A stretch of 64,000 bases of DNA from Octopus sinensis (lineage: Eukaryota): the NCBI RefSeq assembly GCF_006345805.1, contig NC_042997.1:118482001-118546000 (forward strand), in the 5' to 3' direction. The position numbers and the translations under genes are program-made. Under the pieces are notes generated by a model. It was not told the DNA's origin, did not search any database, and saw nothing but the letters and a program-made list of their open reading frames with translations. Positions 50,283 to 63,572 of this stretch are shown here, one piece after another; the first letter of the stretch is position 1; each line of letters begins with the position of its first letter.

Positions 50283-51554
50283 CATTGTTTTATCTAATGT
50301 ATCTTTGAATGATTGTTTCATGGAGTTTCAATTAATGGAGATTGCGCAAATATTTCTAGCAAATCGAGAAAGCAAGGATTCACCTACTTTGTGATGTAAA
50401 TAAAACCAGTGAGATTTGAAACATTGATTTTTCTTAGGGGAGAAATAGACATTTCCTAATTCATTATTCTAATGCAGTTGATTCCAGGAAGAATTGATGG
50501 ATCGCCTGAGAACATATCTTGCTTATATTTGGTTGCACGTATTAAAACTGTGAGCTTCAGTCATGCCTGCATTTGGCATTGGCTTACTTTCTCTGATGTC
50601 AGTAGCATAGGTAATTTTAATTAACTTGCCTGGGTTCAGTGGAGAATATCCCTGTAGTATATGTTGTGGCCGCGCGTCAAAGTTACCAGTAATTATTTTA
50701 CAAATTTAATTATTTAGGCTTTGAATGCGATTTTAAATTAAATACATAATAGAAACTTGGAAGTAAGTTTACAGGGGGGGGAGGTAAAATTTAATCAAGA
50801 ATGAATGTATTTAATGATATTTTCTAATTCATGGAATAAAACGGGTTTATCTTTTGGGTACATGTATAGATTCATTGGTAAAGAAGCTACCCCCCCCCCA
50901 CGTATCAAAGTATTTAGGAAATGTACTTTAGACAAGAATATTTTACTACACCGTCGGTTCAAAAAAAGGCTTTAGGAATAAAAACTAGTAGTCGGGGACT
51001 ATCTGGAGGGACTATCTGGAAACGCAATGGAAAAGGTCTTCTTATTGCTGGGTGCGGACATAACATTTCTCCATGTTCAATAACTCCACCTGCCCCTTCT
51101 ATTTTACACCCAGATTTCTATTTCAATACGAGATGGTGGGAAATCGTAATGTGAATTAATGTGCTAGCAAAAATATGTGAACCTGTATGCATAAGCACAC
51201 ACACACACATAAGATATACATGGAAGAACGAAAGCTGGACTAGGGTTTGTATAACTTTGGTGATCAGAGCGATTATGTATCTCAGGGATTTTTGTATTGG
51301 GCTTAGTTGGAAATTCTCCAGTAACAGAATTGCGTCACTGATGTGTTCAAAGCATTTGTTGACCATGTATGATATTACCGCATTTCTCACTTCTTTTTCC
51401 TCCTCATTTTCATGTATGCCCCCACACAAATAATAAACCGTCCCTATACTGTCCCACTCAACACATGCGCCCGTGGAATATAAAGAAATCATTATCGTTA
51501 TACTCCTCTTCCTTTTCCTCCACCTTCGCCTCCGCCTCCGCCTCCTCCTCATCA

Positions 51555-51878
51555 AAATTATTGTTTTATCTTTATCACAGGTTTTGTTGGACCTCCTGGA
51601 GTCTTGCATGTGCAGCGGGCTTACTACCTGCAGCCTACGGTACCATACTATTCGTTCTTTTCGGCTACTTAACACTTTCCTGATTATTCTGGCCATGCCA
51701 AGGAGGCAAATCTTTTGTAACAGTTCCAGTGGGCACTCTATTCCGATTTCCTTTATATTCCTCTTGATGCCTTCTGATATTGTCCTCATTGATGCCTTCT
51801 GATACTGTCTTTTCGTCTTCCTTCTTCACTACTCGTGGGTCAAAAGGGCATGCCACATCAACTATATAACATATGATT
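51555..51878 (-). mobile_element. 5'-truncated R4/Dong-like REL C-terminus plus 3' UTR
   Basis: CYIVDVACPFDPRVVKKEDEK; IKEIGIECPLELLQKICLLGMARIIRKVL. Starts at an (AAT)n tract. Confidence 0.85.
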
Positions 51879-51918
51879 ATTATTATTATTATTATTATTA
51901 TTGTTATTATTATTATTA

Positions 51919-51966
<48 letters not shown>

Positions 51967-51975
51967 CATTATTAC

Positions 51976-52020
<45 letters not shown>

Positions 52021-52082
52021 CATTATTATTATTATTATTACTATTATTATTATTATTAGTAGTAGTATTATCATCATTATTA
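51879..52082. repeat. (ATT)n microsatellite
   Basis: Direct reading. Confidence 0.95.
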
Positions 52083-52084
52083 TT

Positions 52085-52285
52085 AAGACGTCCTGCTAGC
52101 ACGCTGGACGAAATGCTTAGCGGTATTTCGCAAGTCGCTACGTTCTGAGTTCACATTCCGCCTAGGTCGATTTTACCTTTCACCTTTTTGGGGTCAATAA
52201 ATTAAATACCCATTGAGTACTGGGATAGATGTAATCGACTATCGCCCTCCCCCAAATTTCAGACCTTGTGCCTATAATATTATTA
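52085..52285 (+). mobile_element. SINE family C monomer
   Basis: GAAATGCTTAGCGGTATTTCG..GGTCGATTTTACCTTTCACC..CCCTCCCCCAAATTTCAGACCTTGTGCC. Confidence 0.8.
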
Positions 52286-52644
52286 CTAATCCTTTGACTC
52301 TTCTAGCACTCTGATGTGTTCGTATTGGAGCTTTCCGGCGCAAATGCCAAGCAATACAGCATGTAGATTCCAAATTTCTGTCAGAGTGAACTGCGTCATA
52401 CTGCTGTTTTTCTCACAGACGGTGCCCAACCATATTGTGTAGTAGATAAAATAAAAAAAGCAACTAATGCGCATGCGCGAAATAAAGAATATAAAATAGC
52501 TAACGAAGCCTTTATATATATATATATATATATACAATATATATATATATATATATATTTATAAATAAATAACATATAAATATATGCGTATATACATACA
52601 TATATGTACATACCTATATATATATATACATGCATGCACATATG

Positions 52645-52930
52645 GGTACAGGACATCAAAAAAACGTTGAACGCAATGCGAAACGAAAATATAAAAACAA
52701 AAACATAGAAACGAACTTTTTTCGAACAACGAAAAAAAACAAACAAATATAGAAACGAGACATACAACAACGAATATTCCCTTTCATCAGTTGTCCCTGA
52801 TTTATCTACTCCACGTACGAAGGCAAGGACAAGACGCGACTTCGTTGAAACAGTCCATACCGCAAAGCAAATTAAATAAAATTTGGGATTTTTTGCGGAG
52901 GGTGAAAGTGGTAACAAGAACAGGACAGTG
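52645..52930 (-). mobile_element. Unclassified repeat containing a partial hammerhead-like motif
   Basis: Homologous to 24412-24540; minus strand GUC-UUGUCCUUG-(24 nt)-CAGGGACAA-CUGAUGA. Confidence 0.5.
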
Positions 52931-53011
52931 AGAACAAAACAGTAAAAACATACAGTGAGGGCTGTTAAGCCAAGACGATGAAAAAATTATTCTGAACGCT
53001 TAGGAAGATGA

Positions 53012-53058
<47 letters not shown>

Positions 53059-53610
53059 TATATATATACAGTGTTGCAACCAAATAAATCGTTGGTAATA
53101 TTTCAAAAACAACAGATACTAAGCTCATATAAACACCGATTTCAGCACAGAGAAAACCGCATTTATGAAAATTTTATCCATAGCATAGAGACCAAGTAAC
53201 CAATTACATCAAACTGAATTAATGTTCTCATATTTCTCGTGTTAGAGGATTCAATACTGTATTTGATTCATAGAATCCAAGAGATTTTCTAGATTACAAT
53301 ATATTTGGTTGCCGGGAAATTATAAAGAAATCTTACTTTCGATTACAACTTATATACTATGGAGTATTGATGTAATGGAATGACATAATTATGTGCGGTT
53401 TTTAACTTCCTGAGGTATAGAAGCATCTCCCCTGTTTCACTGATCATCGACAAAGTTATACAGAAAAAAACATGCAAGGATATTATCTTATTCTTGAACT
53501 TAACGTGCTTCAACGAGTTGTTGCTTGGAAGTTGCACTCCTCTATACATACATACATACATACATACATACAGACATACATACATACATACATACATACA
53601 TACATACATG

Positions 53611-53669
<59 letters not shown>

Positions 53670-54052
53670 GATATGAGGGAATATTATTCCAAACTTACAG
53701 GGAAAAATTCAATTTAGAAACACTAATCAAATAGTTATTCTACCAAATATATACGTTTTTTTATTATTTTGCACATTACTTAATCATCGTTATATGTTTT
53801 ATCTTATATTTGATCTTTCTATAATATGTAATATTCTAGTTGGTATAATTTAATTTTTCATTATTGAATTGATAAAAGGTGTTTTTTTCTAAGTTTTACA
53901 TATATATATATATATGAGATAGACAGAGAGAGAGAGAGAGAGAGATACATATATGTATATACATGCATACACATATATACATATTCATAGTTATTTATCT
54001 ATCTATATATCTCTATATTATGTATGTATTTTATTTTATCTATTTATTTTAT

Positions 54053-55631
54053 CTAGTTTCAGCTCACAAGCTGTGGCCATGCTGGGGCACCGCCATTTGG
54101 TGTTGCTACATGATTTTACTTCACGAATGCTTTTTAGCAATTGCCATTTGGTGCATGAGAGAGTTCGATGCAACTGCCCTCATCTACACCTCCTGTCGTG
54201 AAGTTGGTTCATCTGGGATACCTGACAAGAAGCGATCCAGTTTCATTTTAAAGACATCTGCATCCACCCCGTGCAGGTCCCTTAGGTTCTTCGGGAGGAT
54301 ATCGAAGAGCTCTGGGCCTCGGAAGCCCAGGCTATCACAGTATCTTGTCCTACATCTCGATGGCAAATTTGGAGTCCTTGGCACTATGCAGTGGCGCCCA
54401 GTTCCGGCATTTGTGTAACTCTCGATGCCAAAGTTTGGGACAAGTCCTTCTAGGATCTTTCAGATGTATATTATGGCATGTTTCTCGCCTACGCTCTAAG
54501 GAATAGAGTCTCAATCTCTTGAGTCTTTCCCAATAGCTTATATGCTGCACAGAGGCTATCTTCTTCGTGTAGCTTCGTTGGATCGCCTCAAGTTCTGTGA
54601 TTAACTTGACACTGGATGGTGACCATAGCTGAGGGCAATAGTCAAAGTGGCTTAGGACAAGTGTCCTCCAGAGGACCATCATGGTTTCCTGGTATCTTGT
54701 TCTGAAGGTTCTAAGAATCCATCCGGTCAGCCGCCTACATTTCATTGCCAATTTAGCAACATGCACATGAAAGGTTGCATCATCAGTCATGTAAATACCC
54801 AGGTCTCGCACTGATTGTGCCTCTGGGATTGCAGTCCCTCCAGGTCCAGTGTAATTATTGGGTATTGCATTTATTTTTGCGTGCTGATAGCATAGAGCTT
54901 GAAACTTTTCAGCATTGAATTGCATGCTATTCTTTTCAGCCCACTTGTATATTTTGTCCAGCTCACATTGCAGGTGCTTAGTGTCTTCAGGTTTCTGTAT
55001 TGCCTCTGAAACTTTTGTATCATCTGCATAACTTGTGATCGTGGCTCCCTGCGTGGCTGAGGGCATGTCTGAGAGGGCCATTATGAACAGTAGTGGTCCC
55101 AGAACAGTGCCCTGCGGAACACCGCTCACTATTTGCGTGTTAGTGGAAGTTAGTGGCCACTACCACCTGTCTTCTATCCTTCAGAAAGTCATGAAGCCAT
55201 TCTCCCAGTTTTCCAACTATGCCAAGATCACGCATTTTGTGACATAGCATTCCATGATCGACTTTATCAAAGGCCTTTGCAAAGTCAAGATATATGACTT
55301 CCACATTTGAGTGGTTGAGCAGTCGTTTCAGCACCCAGTCATAGTGTTGTAGGAGCTGAGTTAAGCAGCTTCTTCCTGGTCGGAAACCATGTTGTGTGTC
55401 AGGCGGCAAGTCATTTTCTTCAAGGAAGGTGATTAGTTTCCTTCTGACTATTCGTTCCATGACCTTGCTGATGTGTGAGGTGAGAGAGATAGGTCTGTAG
55501 TTCTTGGCCTCCGCTCTGCTACCTCCTTTATGAATAGGGCATATTTTACCTTCCTTCAGTTTTCTTGGAAGTTTGCCAGCTGCAAGGAAGCTCTGAAAGA
55601 GGAACTGCAGTGGTCTTGCTAGGACTCTCTT
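54053..55631 (-). mobile_element. Young 5'-truncated CR1-group LINE (RT domain to 3' end), two frameshift lesions
   Basis: NYRPISLTSHISKVMERIV, QHGFRPGRSCLTQL, YLDFAKAFDKVDH, SGVPQGTVLGPLLF, SYADDTK, LYSLERRRE. Inserted between CA/TA microsatellites. Confidence 0.95.
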
Positions 55632-55686
55632 ACACACACACACCACACACACACACCACACACACACACCACACACACACACACAC

Positions 55687-55729
<43 letters not shown>

Positions 55730-55791
55730 TATATATGTATGTATGTATATATGTATATAATATATGAGTGTATATCTATCTATCTATCTAT

Positions 55792-55925
<134 letters not shown>

Positions 55926-56229
55926 ACGTGTGAGATGATGTTAAAATAATAGACAGAGAGCACCACTGGAAAATATGAAAACCAAAAGAAGCAGCACATG
56001 CTAGAACAACCTCCTAAGCAGACCGAATGCAGATATGTGTAGCATATGGGAACCGGCATTAAGGAAGGACAGAAAAATATTAAGTTTATAGGCTCTAAAA
56101 TTCACTCAAGAATTGCCCACAGGCATATGAAGTAGTGGTCAAGAGCACGTTCCGAGTTCGAATTCAAGTAGTGACATGAATAATAAAAATTAAAAAAAAA
56201 AAAATAATAATAAACTGCCCAAAAATAAA

Positions 56230-56628
56230 GAATGTGGAATCTGAAGGCTAAAAATATGTGGAATCAGAAGACTATAAAAATGTGGAACCTGAAGATTAAA
56301 ACAATACCTGGAAATGATCGCAAAAGGGGCTGATTGCTGCCTTGCTCAGATACCAGGAAACCCCAAAATGGCAAAAATTCAAAAGATAGTACTCATGGGA
56401 ACTGCTCATATCCTACGCAATATACTTTCTATGTAATCTCAAGTTTTAAAACAAACATAATTTTCTTATGGCTTCTTACACATTCTCTAGAACAACACTA
56501 TGTACAGAACCAAATATATGGCACCGTAGGCATAGCACCAACGTGAACTTCCAACTTGTCTCTTGAGGTCTCTGGGTGAGACTTGGAGCCAACTTGTACA
56601 CATTTAAAGCAAAATTCAAACAAAATAC
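56230..56628 (+). mobile_element. 5'-truncated R4/Dong-like REL C-terminus plus 3' UTR
   Basis: KMWNLKIKTIP..MIAKGADCCLAQIPGNPKMAKIQKIVLMGTAHILRNILSM; followed by (TAC)n(AAT)n. Confidence 0.82.
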
Positions 56629-56641
56629 TACTACTACTACT

Positions 56642-56674
<33 letters not shown>

Positions 56675-56920
56675 GTAATAATAATAATAATAATGATAAT
56701 AATAATAATAACAGCTTAGACAGAAAGACAAGGATGTTGGCCCTAAGAAAGGTGTGTGTAAAATTTGAATGAAATCAGTTCGGTTGTTCTCGAGCTTTAG
56801 TGAAGCACACCGACAGAACCGCCAAGTTACGGGACATAAAGACACCAACATTGGTTTCAAGTGCTGATGGGGGAGGAGCAAACAGACACACACATATATA
56901 TATATATATATATGTATATA

Positions 56921-57317
56921 CTAGCAGTATCGCCCGGCGTTGCTCGGGTTTGTAAGGGAAATAACTATATAAGCATTTTTAGAGAGTTATAGCCAAAAAA
57001 TAGGAAAAGAATGCATTAAAAATGGAAAAAAAATTAAGGTAAATTTCTTTTTAAATCGTTGACACATCGTAGATATTTTTAGAGAGTTACTTCCCTTACA
57101 TAATAGCCAAAAAAATGCATTAAAATGGAAAAATATGATGGTAAATTTTTTTAAATCGTAGACTCATCGTAGACGCGCGCGAATACCCAGAAGGGCTCGA
57201 TATGAATCACAACTATAAGATACCCGGTTTTGGTTAAACTGCACCGCAAAATGTGGGAGTCGTTACGAATCTAAATCGTAGGAGACAGACACACAACTTC
57301 ACTCTTATATATAAAGA
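56921..57317 (-). mobile_element. Non-autonomous Helitron
   Basis: Minus strand A|TCTTTATA...CTAG|T; GC-rich hairpin CCCGAGCAACGCCGGG 8 nt before CTAG; no TSD; internal ~100-bp duplication. Confidence 0.8.
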
Positions 57318-58199
57318 TATAAGTCACGTAGTTATATACACATACTTTGTTATATACACATTCTTAAAAGAAAATGTTATTTTGAATACAACATTTATAA
57401 AGAATAAAATATTATTTATTATACTATATTTCTGACCAAATTACACCCCTTATGTGTTTCAATTAATTTCTAACGTAATCATAAATTTAGTCTGGTTTCA
57501 TTAAACAACTATAACTTTTTTATTTATCAATATATTAATCTCATTTTTGGAAGATAATTTAATGAAATATTCTCAACAAATTCTACACTATAATTTTTGT
57601 CACAAAGTGACTGTAATTGCAGGTAGATACAGCAAAATTCAACAATATATAAAATTATTAAAATTTTGTTCAAACATTGCTATAGAAAATGGGTTATTAG
57701 CTAATATTCAATTGGGTATACAACAAAATTTTACGATAGAATTTGTTATTCTGGGTAACTTTCTGATACCCATAATAATATTTATGGCAAAATAGGCCTT
57801 AATTTAATTTAAGGTTGTGGGAAATAACAAACTATCCTTTCTTTCGCTTTGTTTACGTTTAGCGTAATGATTTCAAATAGGCTCATTCGAAAAAGTAAAA
57901 AGAAATAGTTTAAGGCTTTATACTCTTCTGGGAAAGTCTGTGGCTTGGTGCAGTTTCTTCAGAAAAATCACCGAAAGAAACAGTTTTTAAATTTTCACTC
58001 CATTCCGGTACCAATTCATTTTCTTAATCGCTGTCGGATTCACTGTTTTCACTTTAATAGCTGCAAACTTGCAAAGACAAAGGAGGAGAAGGGTGATAGC
58101 GTCAGTGAAACAGTCGCTCCCTTTGTGTGTGTGTGCGTTTGCGTGTGGTGTATCCCACATTAAGAAAAACATTTGACATATACACCAGAATGTGAGTTT

Positions 58200-58365
58200 T
58201 CTCTAAATTTTGCTTAATTGGGGTCGAAATTTTAAAAACCGGACCTGGCATGACCCGATGCATTCTACTCTTAAAAATGCTAGGTAAATTGTAATTGAAG
58301 AAATCCTATATTGTAGATTTCTATAAATTACAAAGGGAGGCAGATAAAATCTGCCTTTTATAATA

Positions 58366-58368
<3 letters not shown>
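58200..58368 (-). mobile_element. Helitron-like 5' terminus fragment (second family)
   Basis: A|TCTTATTATAAA start on the minus strand with 8-bp hairpin AGGCAGAT-AAA-ATCTGCCT; no CTAG|T end found. Confidence 0.4.
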
Positions 58369-58429
<61 letters not shown>

Positions 58430-58440
58430 GTATATATATA

Positions 58441-58603
58441 CGACGGGTTCCTTTCAGTTTACATCTACCAAATCCACTCACAAACCTTTGGTCTTACCGA
58501 GGCTACAGTAGAAAACACACGCCCGAGGTGCCACGCAGTAGAACTGAACCCGTAACCATATGGTTGGGAAGCAAGCTTCTTACTGTAAACCCACTCCTGC
58601 GCC
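58441..58603 (-). mobile_element. SINE family A 5' half
   Basis: Head and core only. Confidence 0.85.
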
Positions 58604-59896
58604 TATGCATATATTCATACCTTTATGCATGATTCTATGTTTGTGTATAGACACACACAGATACATACACACACACACTCACACACATGTACACTCACGC
58701 ACATACGAACATGCACGGACACATTTATATTTATATCTATATGTGCAGGAATATATACATCAATATTTGAATGTATATGCATCAATATACATGTATGGAT
58801 ATGAATATACATGAGAAAATTCTAGAATCTAAGATTAGGAAACCAGAAATCTACATTTCCGAGAAGATAAATTGTTTTTGAATTAATAGTTAAGAGTATG
58901 CTGGTAAATGTGTATTATATGAAGGTCTTTACTTATAAACTTTTCCGATTTATTACAGTCTATTATATATCATTTTAGTAATTTCCTTTTTATTATGTAT
59001 TATAATTTCGCTTATTTATTTTACTGTGTATATTTACACTTTTTAATTGCATTAGTCGTGGTTATGTAAGATTATGTGTGTGTTTTCTGTGTAGATATAT
59101 TGTAACTAACATAGAAAGAATGATGTTCTTTGACTAGACTAGCTCTAAATGTTTGACGTCACATATAGTGGAGAAATTATTTCGACATTTATGAAGTAAT
59201 TTTGTGATATGTATTGGGATTTCACAAAAAAAATTATCCTGTTATATTTATACTGCCGAGAGAATTGGCACCCTTGGAAAAATGCTTAGCGGCATTTTGT
59301 CTGATGCTACGTTATAGGTTCAAACTCCTTCAAGGTCGAATTTGACCTTTATCCTTTCAAAGTCGATAAAATTACTTATCAGTTGAATTATGGGATCGTT
59401 GTAACCGGTTTGCAGCCTCCCTTAAAATTGTTGGCCTTGTTTAAAAAAATTAAATCAATATTTATACTAACGTTTAGTGGTATAAGATATTTTGTTTAAG
59501 TAGAATTACCTATCAATTAGTGAAAGCAGAAAATCGTTAATGAATTCTGTAAAATAACAGAAAATATGTGTATCTGGGGACTGCCTTTAACCCAGTGATC
59601 CACACAACACATTCACTGGTTCTATTTCACTTGCTTAGTATTCGTTAATTATTTTATTATTTAGTCACTTAAATAATCGATTGTGGAATTAATTATACGG
59701 CTAATTCGATTAGTTAAATGTTTAAATAGTTAGGGAAGTAACGAATAATAGAATATAAAATGGCACCAGTGCTTCTGTTTATTATTGAAATGATGACCCA
59801 CCCAAAATGCAACGATATCCGTTCAGCACATGATTTCATCCCAACAATCTTGCACGCTAAATACCGAAAGGAAACAAATGATAGAAACACACACAC

Positions 59897-59950
<54 letters not shown>

Positions 59951-60296
59951 TACACACACACACATACATACACACACACACACACATACAAACACACACA
60001 CACACACACACATATATATAACGGTCCTTCAGCAATAGCATTCCTTCTTAAGCTCAGTGGCTGCTACTATCTTCAGGCCATGACAGACAGAGAGGATGCT
60101 CTTGAAGCCGAGCATTTAAACTTACGGAGAAAATAATTACATATCGTCTGAGGAGACACAAATTCATCTCATAACGGAGGAAAACGGTTGCATAATCAAG
60201 TACCTAAACGCCTGGAGAGCTATGTTGCGTAAAAATAATTCTAATGATTGAAAATAAATGTCCAACATATTCCTTCTTATTGAATCCGATTTTTTC

Positions 60297-60344
<48 letters not shown>

Positions 60345-60347
<3 letters not shown>

Positions 60348-60730
60348 CTTTTATTCTTTTATTCTTTTACTTCTTTCAGTCATTTGGTTGCGGCCATGCT
60401 GGAGCACCGCTTTTGCTCGAGCAAATCGACCCCAGGACTTATTCTTTGTAAGTCTAGTAATTATTCTATCGGTGTCTTTTGCCGAACTGCTAAGTTACGG
60501 GGACGTAAACACACCAGCATCGGTTGTCGAGTGACGTTGAGGGAGAAACACAGACTCAGAAAAACATAAGCACGCATAGACATATATGTATATACAAATA
60601 TACGACCGGCTCACAAGGCTTTGGTCGGCCCGAGGCTATAGTAGAATACACTTGACCAAGGTGCCACGCAGTGAAACTGAACCCAGAACAATGTGGCTGG
60701 TAAGCAGGCTACTTACCAGGTAGCAACTCC
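60345..60730 (-). mobile_element. SINE family A with internal deletion
   Basis: Tail at 60345-60540, head half at 60600-60730. Confidence 0.85.
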
Positions 60731-60934
60731 TTGGCTGATTGATATATATATATATATATTTGGTTTTGGGATTTGGTTTGCAAGATTCTTTATATGAGTT
60801 CGTGTGATGAAACATATTCTGTTGTGTCTGGGGAGAGTCATTCTCTTTTAGTGCCTTATATTTTAACACACTCACCGGTAAAATTTACTCTCATTATTTA
60901 CTTATTATTCTTGCAATTATTAAGCGAAATATAT

Positions 60935-60981
<47 letters not shown>

Positions 60982-60982
<1 letters not shown>

Positions 60983-61142
60983 GCACAGGTGTGTCCGTAT
61001 GACAAGAAGATGCTTCCCAACTACATGGTTCCGGATTCAGTCCCACTCCGTGGCATCTTGGACAAGTGTCTTGTACTATAGTTTCGGGCCGATCAAACCC
61101 CTGTAAGCGGATTCGGCAGACAGAAATTGAAAGAAGCCCGTC

Positions 61143-61145
<3 letters not shown>
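60982..61145 (+). mobile_element. SINE family A 5' half
   Basis: GGTTCCGGATTCAGTCCCACT..CTTGGACAAGTGTC..GAAATTGAAAGAAGCCCGTC. Confidence 0.8.
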
Positions 61146-61208
<63 letters not shown>

Positions 61209-61280
61209 ATCGATCTATATATATATATATTATATATATATATATATATACACACACATATATGTATATACACATATGTG

Positions 61281-61366
<86 letters not shown>

Positions 61367-61396
61367 TGTATATACACATATGTGTATATATATATG

Positions 61397-61460
<64 letters not shown>

Positions 61461-61540
61461 TATGTATATATATATATATATACATTTATATATATATATA
61501 TTATATATATACACATATATGTATATATATATATATGATT
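61146..61540. repeat. ~400-bp interrupted (TA)n tract
   Basis: Direct reading. Confidence 0.95.
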
Positions 61541-61556
61541 GATTGATTGATTGATT

Positions 61557-62054
61557 CTAGTTTCAGCTTATGAGCTGTGGCCATGCTGGGGCACCGCCAT
61601 TTGGTGTTGCTACTTGGTTTTACTTCACGAAAGCTTTTTAGCAACTGCCATTTGGTGCATGAGAGAGTTCGATGCAGCTGCCCTCATCTGCACCTCCTGC
61701 CGTGAAGTTGGTTCATCTGGGACACCTGACAGGAAGAGATCCAGTTTCATTTTAAAGACATCTGCATCCACTCCATGCAGGTCTCTCAGGTTCTTTGGGA
61801 GGATATTGAAGAGCTGTGGGCCTCGGAAGCCCAGGCTATCACAGAATCTTGTCCTACATCTTGATGGCAAGTTTGAAGTCCTAGGCACCACGCAGTGGCG
61901 CCCAGTTCTGGCATTTGCGTAACTCTCGATGCCAAAGTTTAGGACACGTCCCTCCAGGATCTTCCAGATGTATATTATGGCATATCTTTCCCGCCTACGC
62001 TCCAGGGAATATAGTTTTAATCTCTTGAGTCTTTCCCAGTAGCTTACATTCTGC
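61557..62054 (-). mobile_element. 3' ~500 bp of the same CR1-group LINE, with (AATC)n tail
   Basis: Colinear with 54053-54555; MVPRTSNLPSRCRTRFCDSLGFRGPQLFNILPK.. Confidence 0.93.
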
Positions 62055-62224
62055 GTATATATATATAAATATGGTTTACGTCTATCACTGTTTCAGTTGC
62101 ATACTAGTGGTTTTATCTCTAATTCATATTTTATAGATATATATATATGCATATATATACATATATATTTATATGTTTGTGTGTGCTTGTGATTATGTGT
62201 TTGTGGGGTGTTTTTGTTTGCCCC

Positions 62225-62605
62225 ACCACCACTTTTTAACCGGTGTTGGTATGTTAGCGTCCCTGTGACTAGGGGTTTAGATAAAGACAACGATAGAATA
62301 AGCACTAAGCTTTAAAAGAAAAAAAAAGTCGTGTGAGCGACTTGTTCGACTAAAAAACCTTTCGAGGCGGTGCTCCAGCGTGGCCGCAATCAAAATGACT
62401 AAAACAAGTAACAGTGTATAAGAGGTAAAAATAAAGATAACTAGCGGACCATTTCTTGACATCAAATGATCAGTTTTATCCGTGTGGAGGTTTCTCATCT
62501 GAAATGAAACCGGCCCCTCACTGTGCGCAACTGAATTTTCTGGTGCTCCAGCATGGCCGCAGTCAAATGACTGAAACAAGTAAAAGAGTAAAAGAGTAAA
62601 AGAGT
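62225..62605 (+). mobile_element. SINE family A 3' half and a second isolated tail
   Basis: GGCGGTGCTCCAGCGTGGCCGCAATC at ~62366 and GGTGCTCCAGCATGGCCGCAGTCAAATGACTGAAACAAG at ~62542. Confidence 0.75.
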
Positions 62606-63377
62606 AGTCTAAAGACGTATTAAGTTATTATTGTTTTAGAGCCAGTCATACCAAGTATTATACACAAAAACATAATTCCCGATTAATATTTCTATACAAT
62701 ATCTCATAAATTAACAAAAAAATTCAAAATGTCAGAGCTTTTAAATACCCTTCTTTCTCCAGTCTGCATCGCTTCTTCAGCGTTCGCATTTCCTTGAAAC
62801 GATAAGGAATTTATTTGCAGATATCTAAATGCCAGGCGTAATCTAATCCTGACATTTGCAGCCCAACCATACAAATGTGTCTTCATAAGGTCATGTGGTT
62901 TATCTTGTATATAAATAGTTTCAGATTTTAGATATTTAAATCGCTGTTGTTTGTTTTAGTAAAATCCTATATATGGAACTGTTGTTGTTTCAGATTATTA
63001 ATTCAAGCTTCTTTCTCAAATATCAACATCTTCCGAATATTCAGTAGTGGCTTAGATGTAGTAAAAAAGAAATGTGCGTCGATAATAGTTAATGCGTTGG
63101 GATCAGAATCATAAGATCGTAGGTTTAATTCTTGTACAAGGCGGCGTTTTGTCTCCTTGCGCTAGGTATCTCCTTTCATACTGCATCAATCTACTTATCT
63201 GATAATGAATACCAGCCCCACCTCTTTCCAGCAGCCACATCCTCCATGCTCTGCTAGGTAAATTGTACGTCGTGGGGGTGAGAACGTGTATCTCTGCTTT
63301 AACCAAATGAGGTACAAGCTACCAGGGCATTCTTGTTGCGAGTGAAGCCTAAGCTTCTTACATCAACGCGGTATCAT

Positions 63378-63572
63378 CCATATCATCATCATCATCATCA
63401 TCATCAGTAGCAGCAGCAGCAGCAGCAGCGGCATAATATCACCATCACCATCGGCATCATCGTTATCGTCTTCAGCCTCTTCCCCTTTGTCTCATCATCA
63501 TCACCACCACCATCATCACCACCATCATCATCATCATCATCGTCACCATCCTCCTCCTCCTCGTCATCATCG
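63378..63572. repeat. (CAT)n/(CAG)n/(CAC)n compound trinucleotide tract
   Basis: Direct reading. Confidence 0.9.

Noticed and set aside
53070-53315. Tc1-like MITE (GCAACCAAATA inverted repeat)
   Set aside because: Only 11 bp match and the right terminus lacks the expected CACTG-TA.
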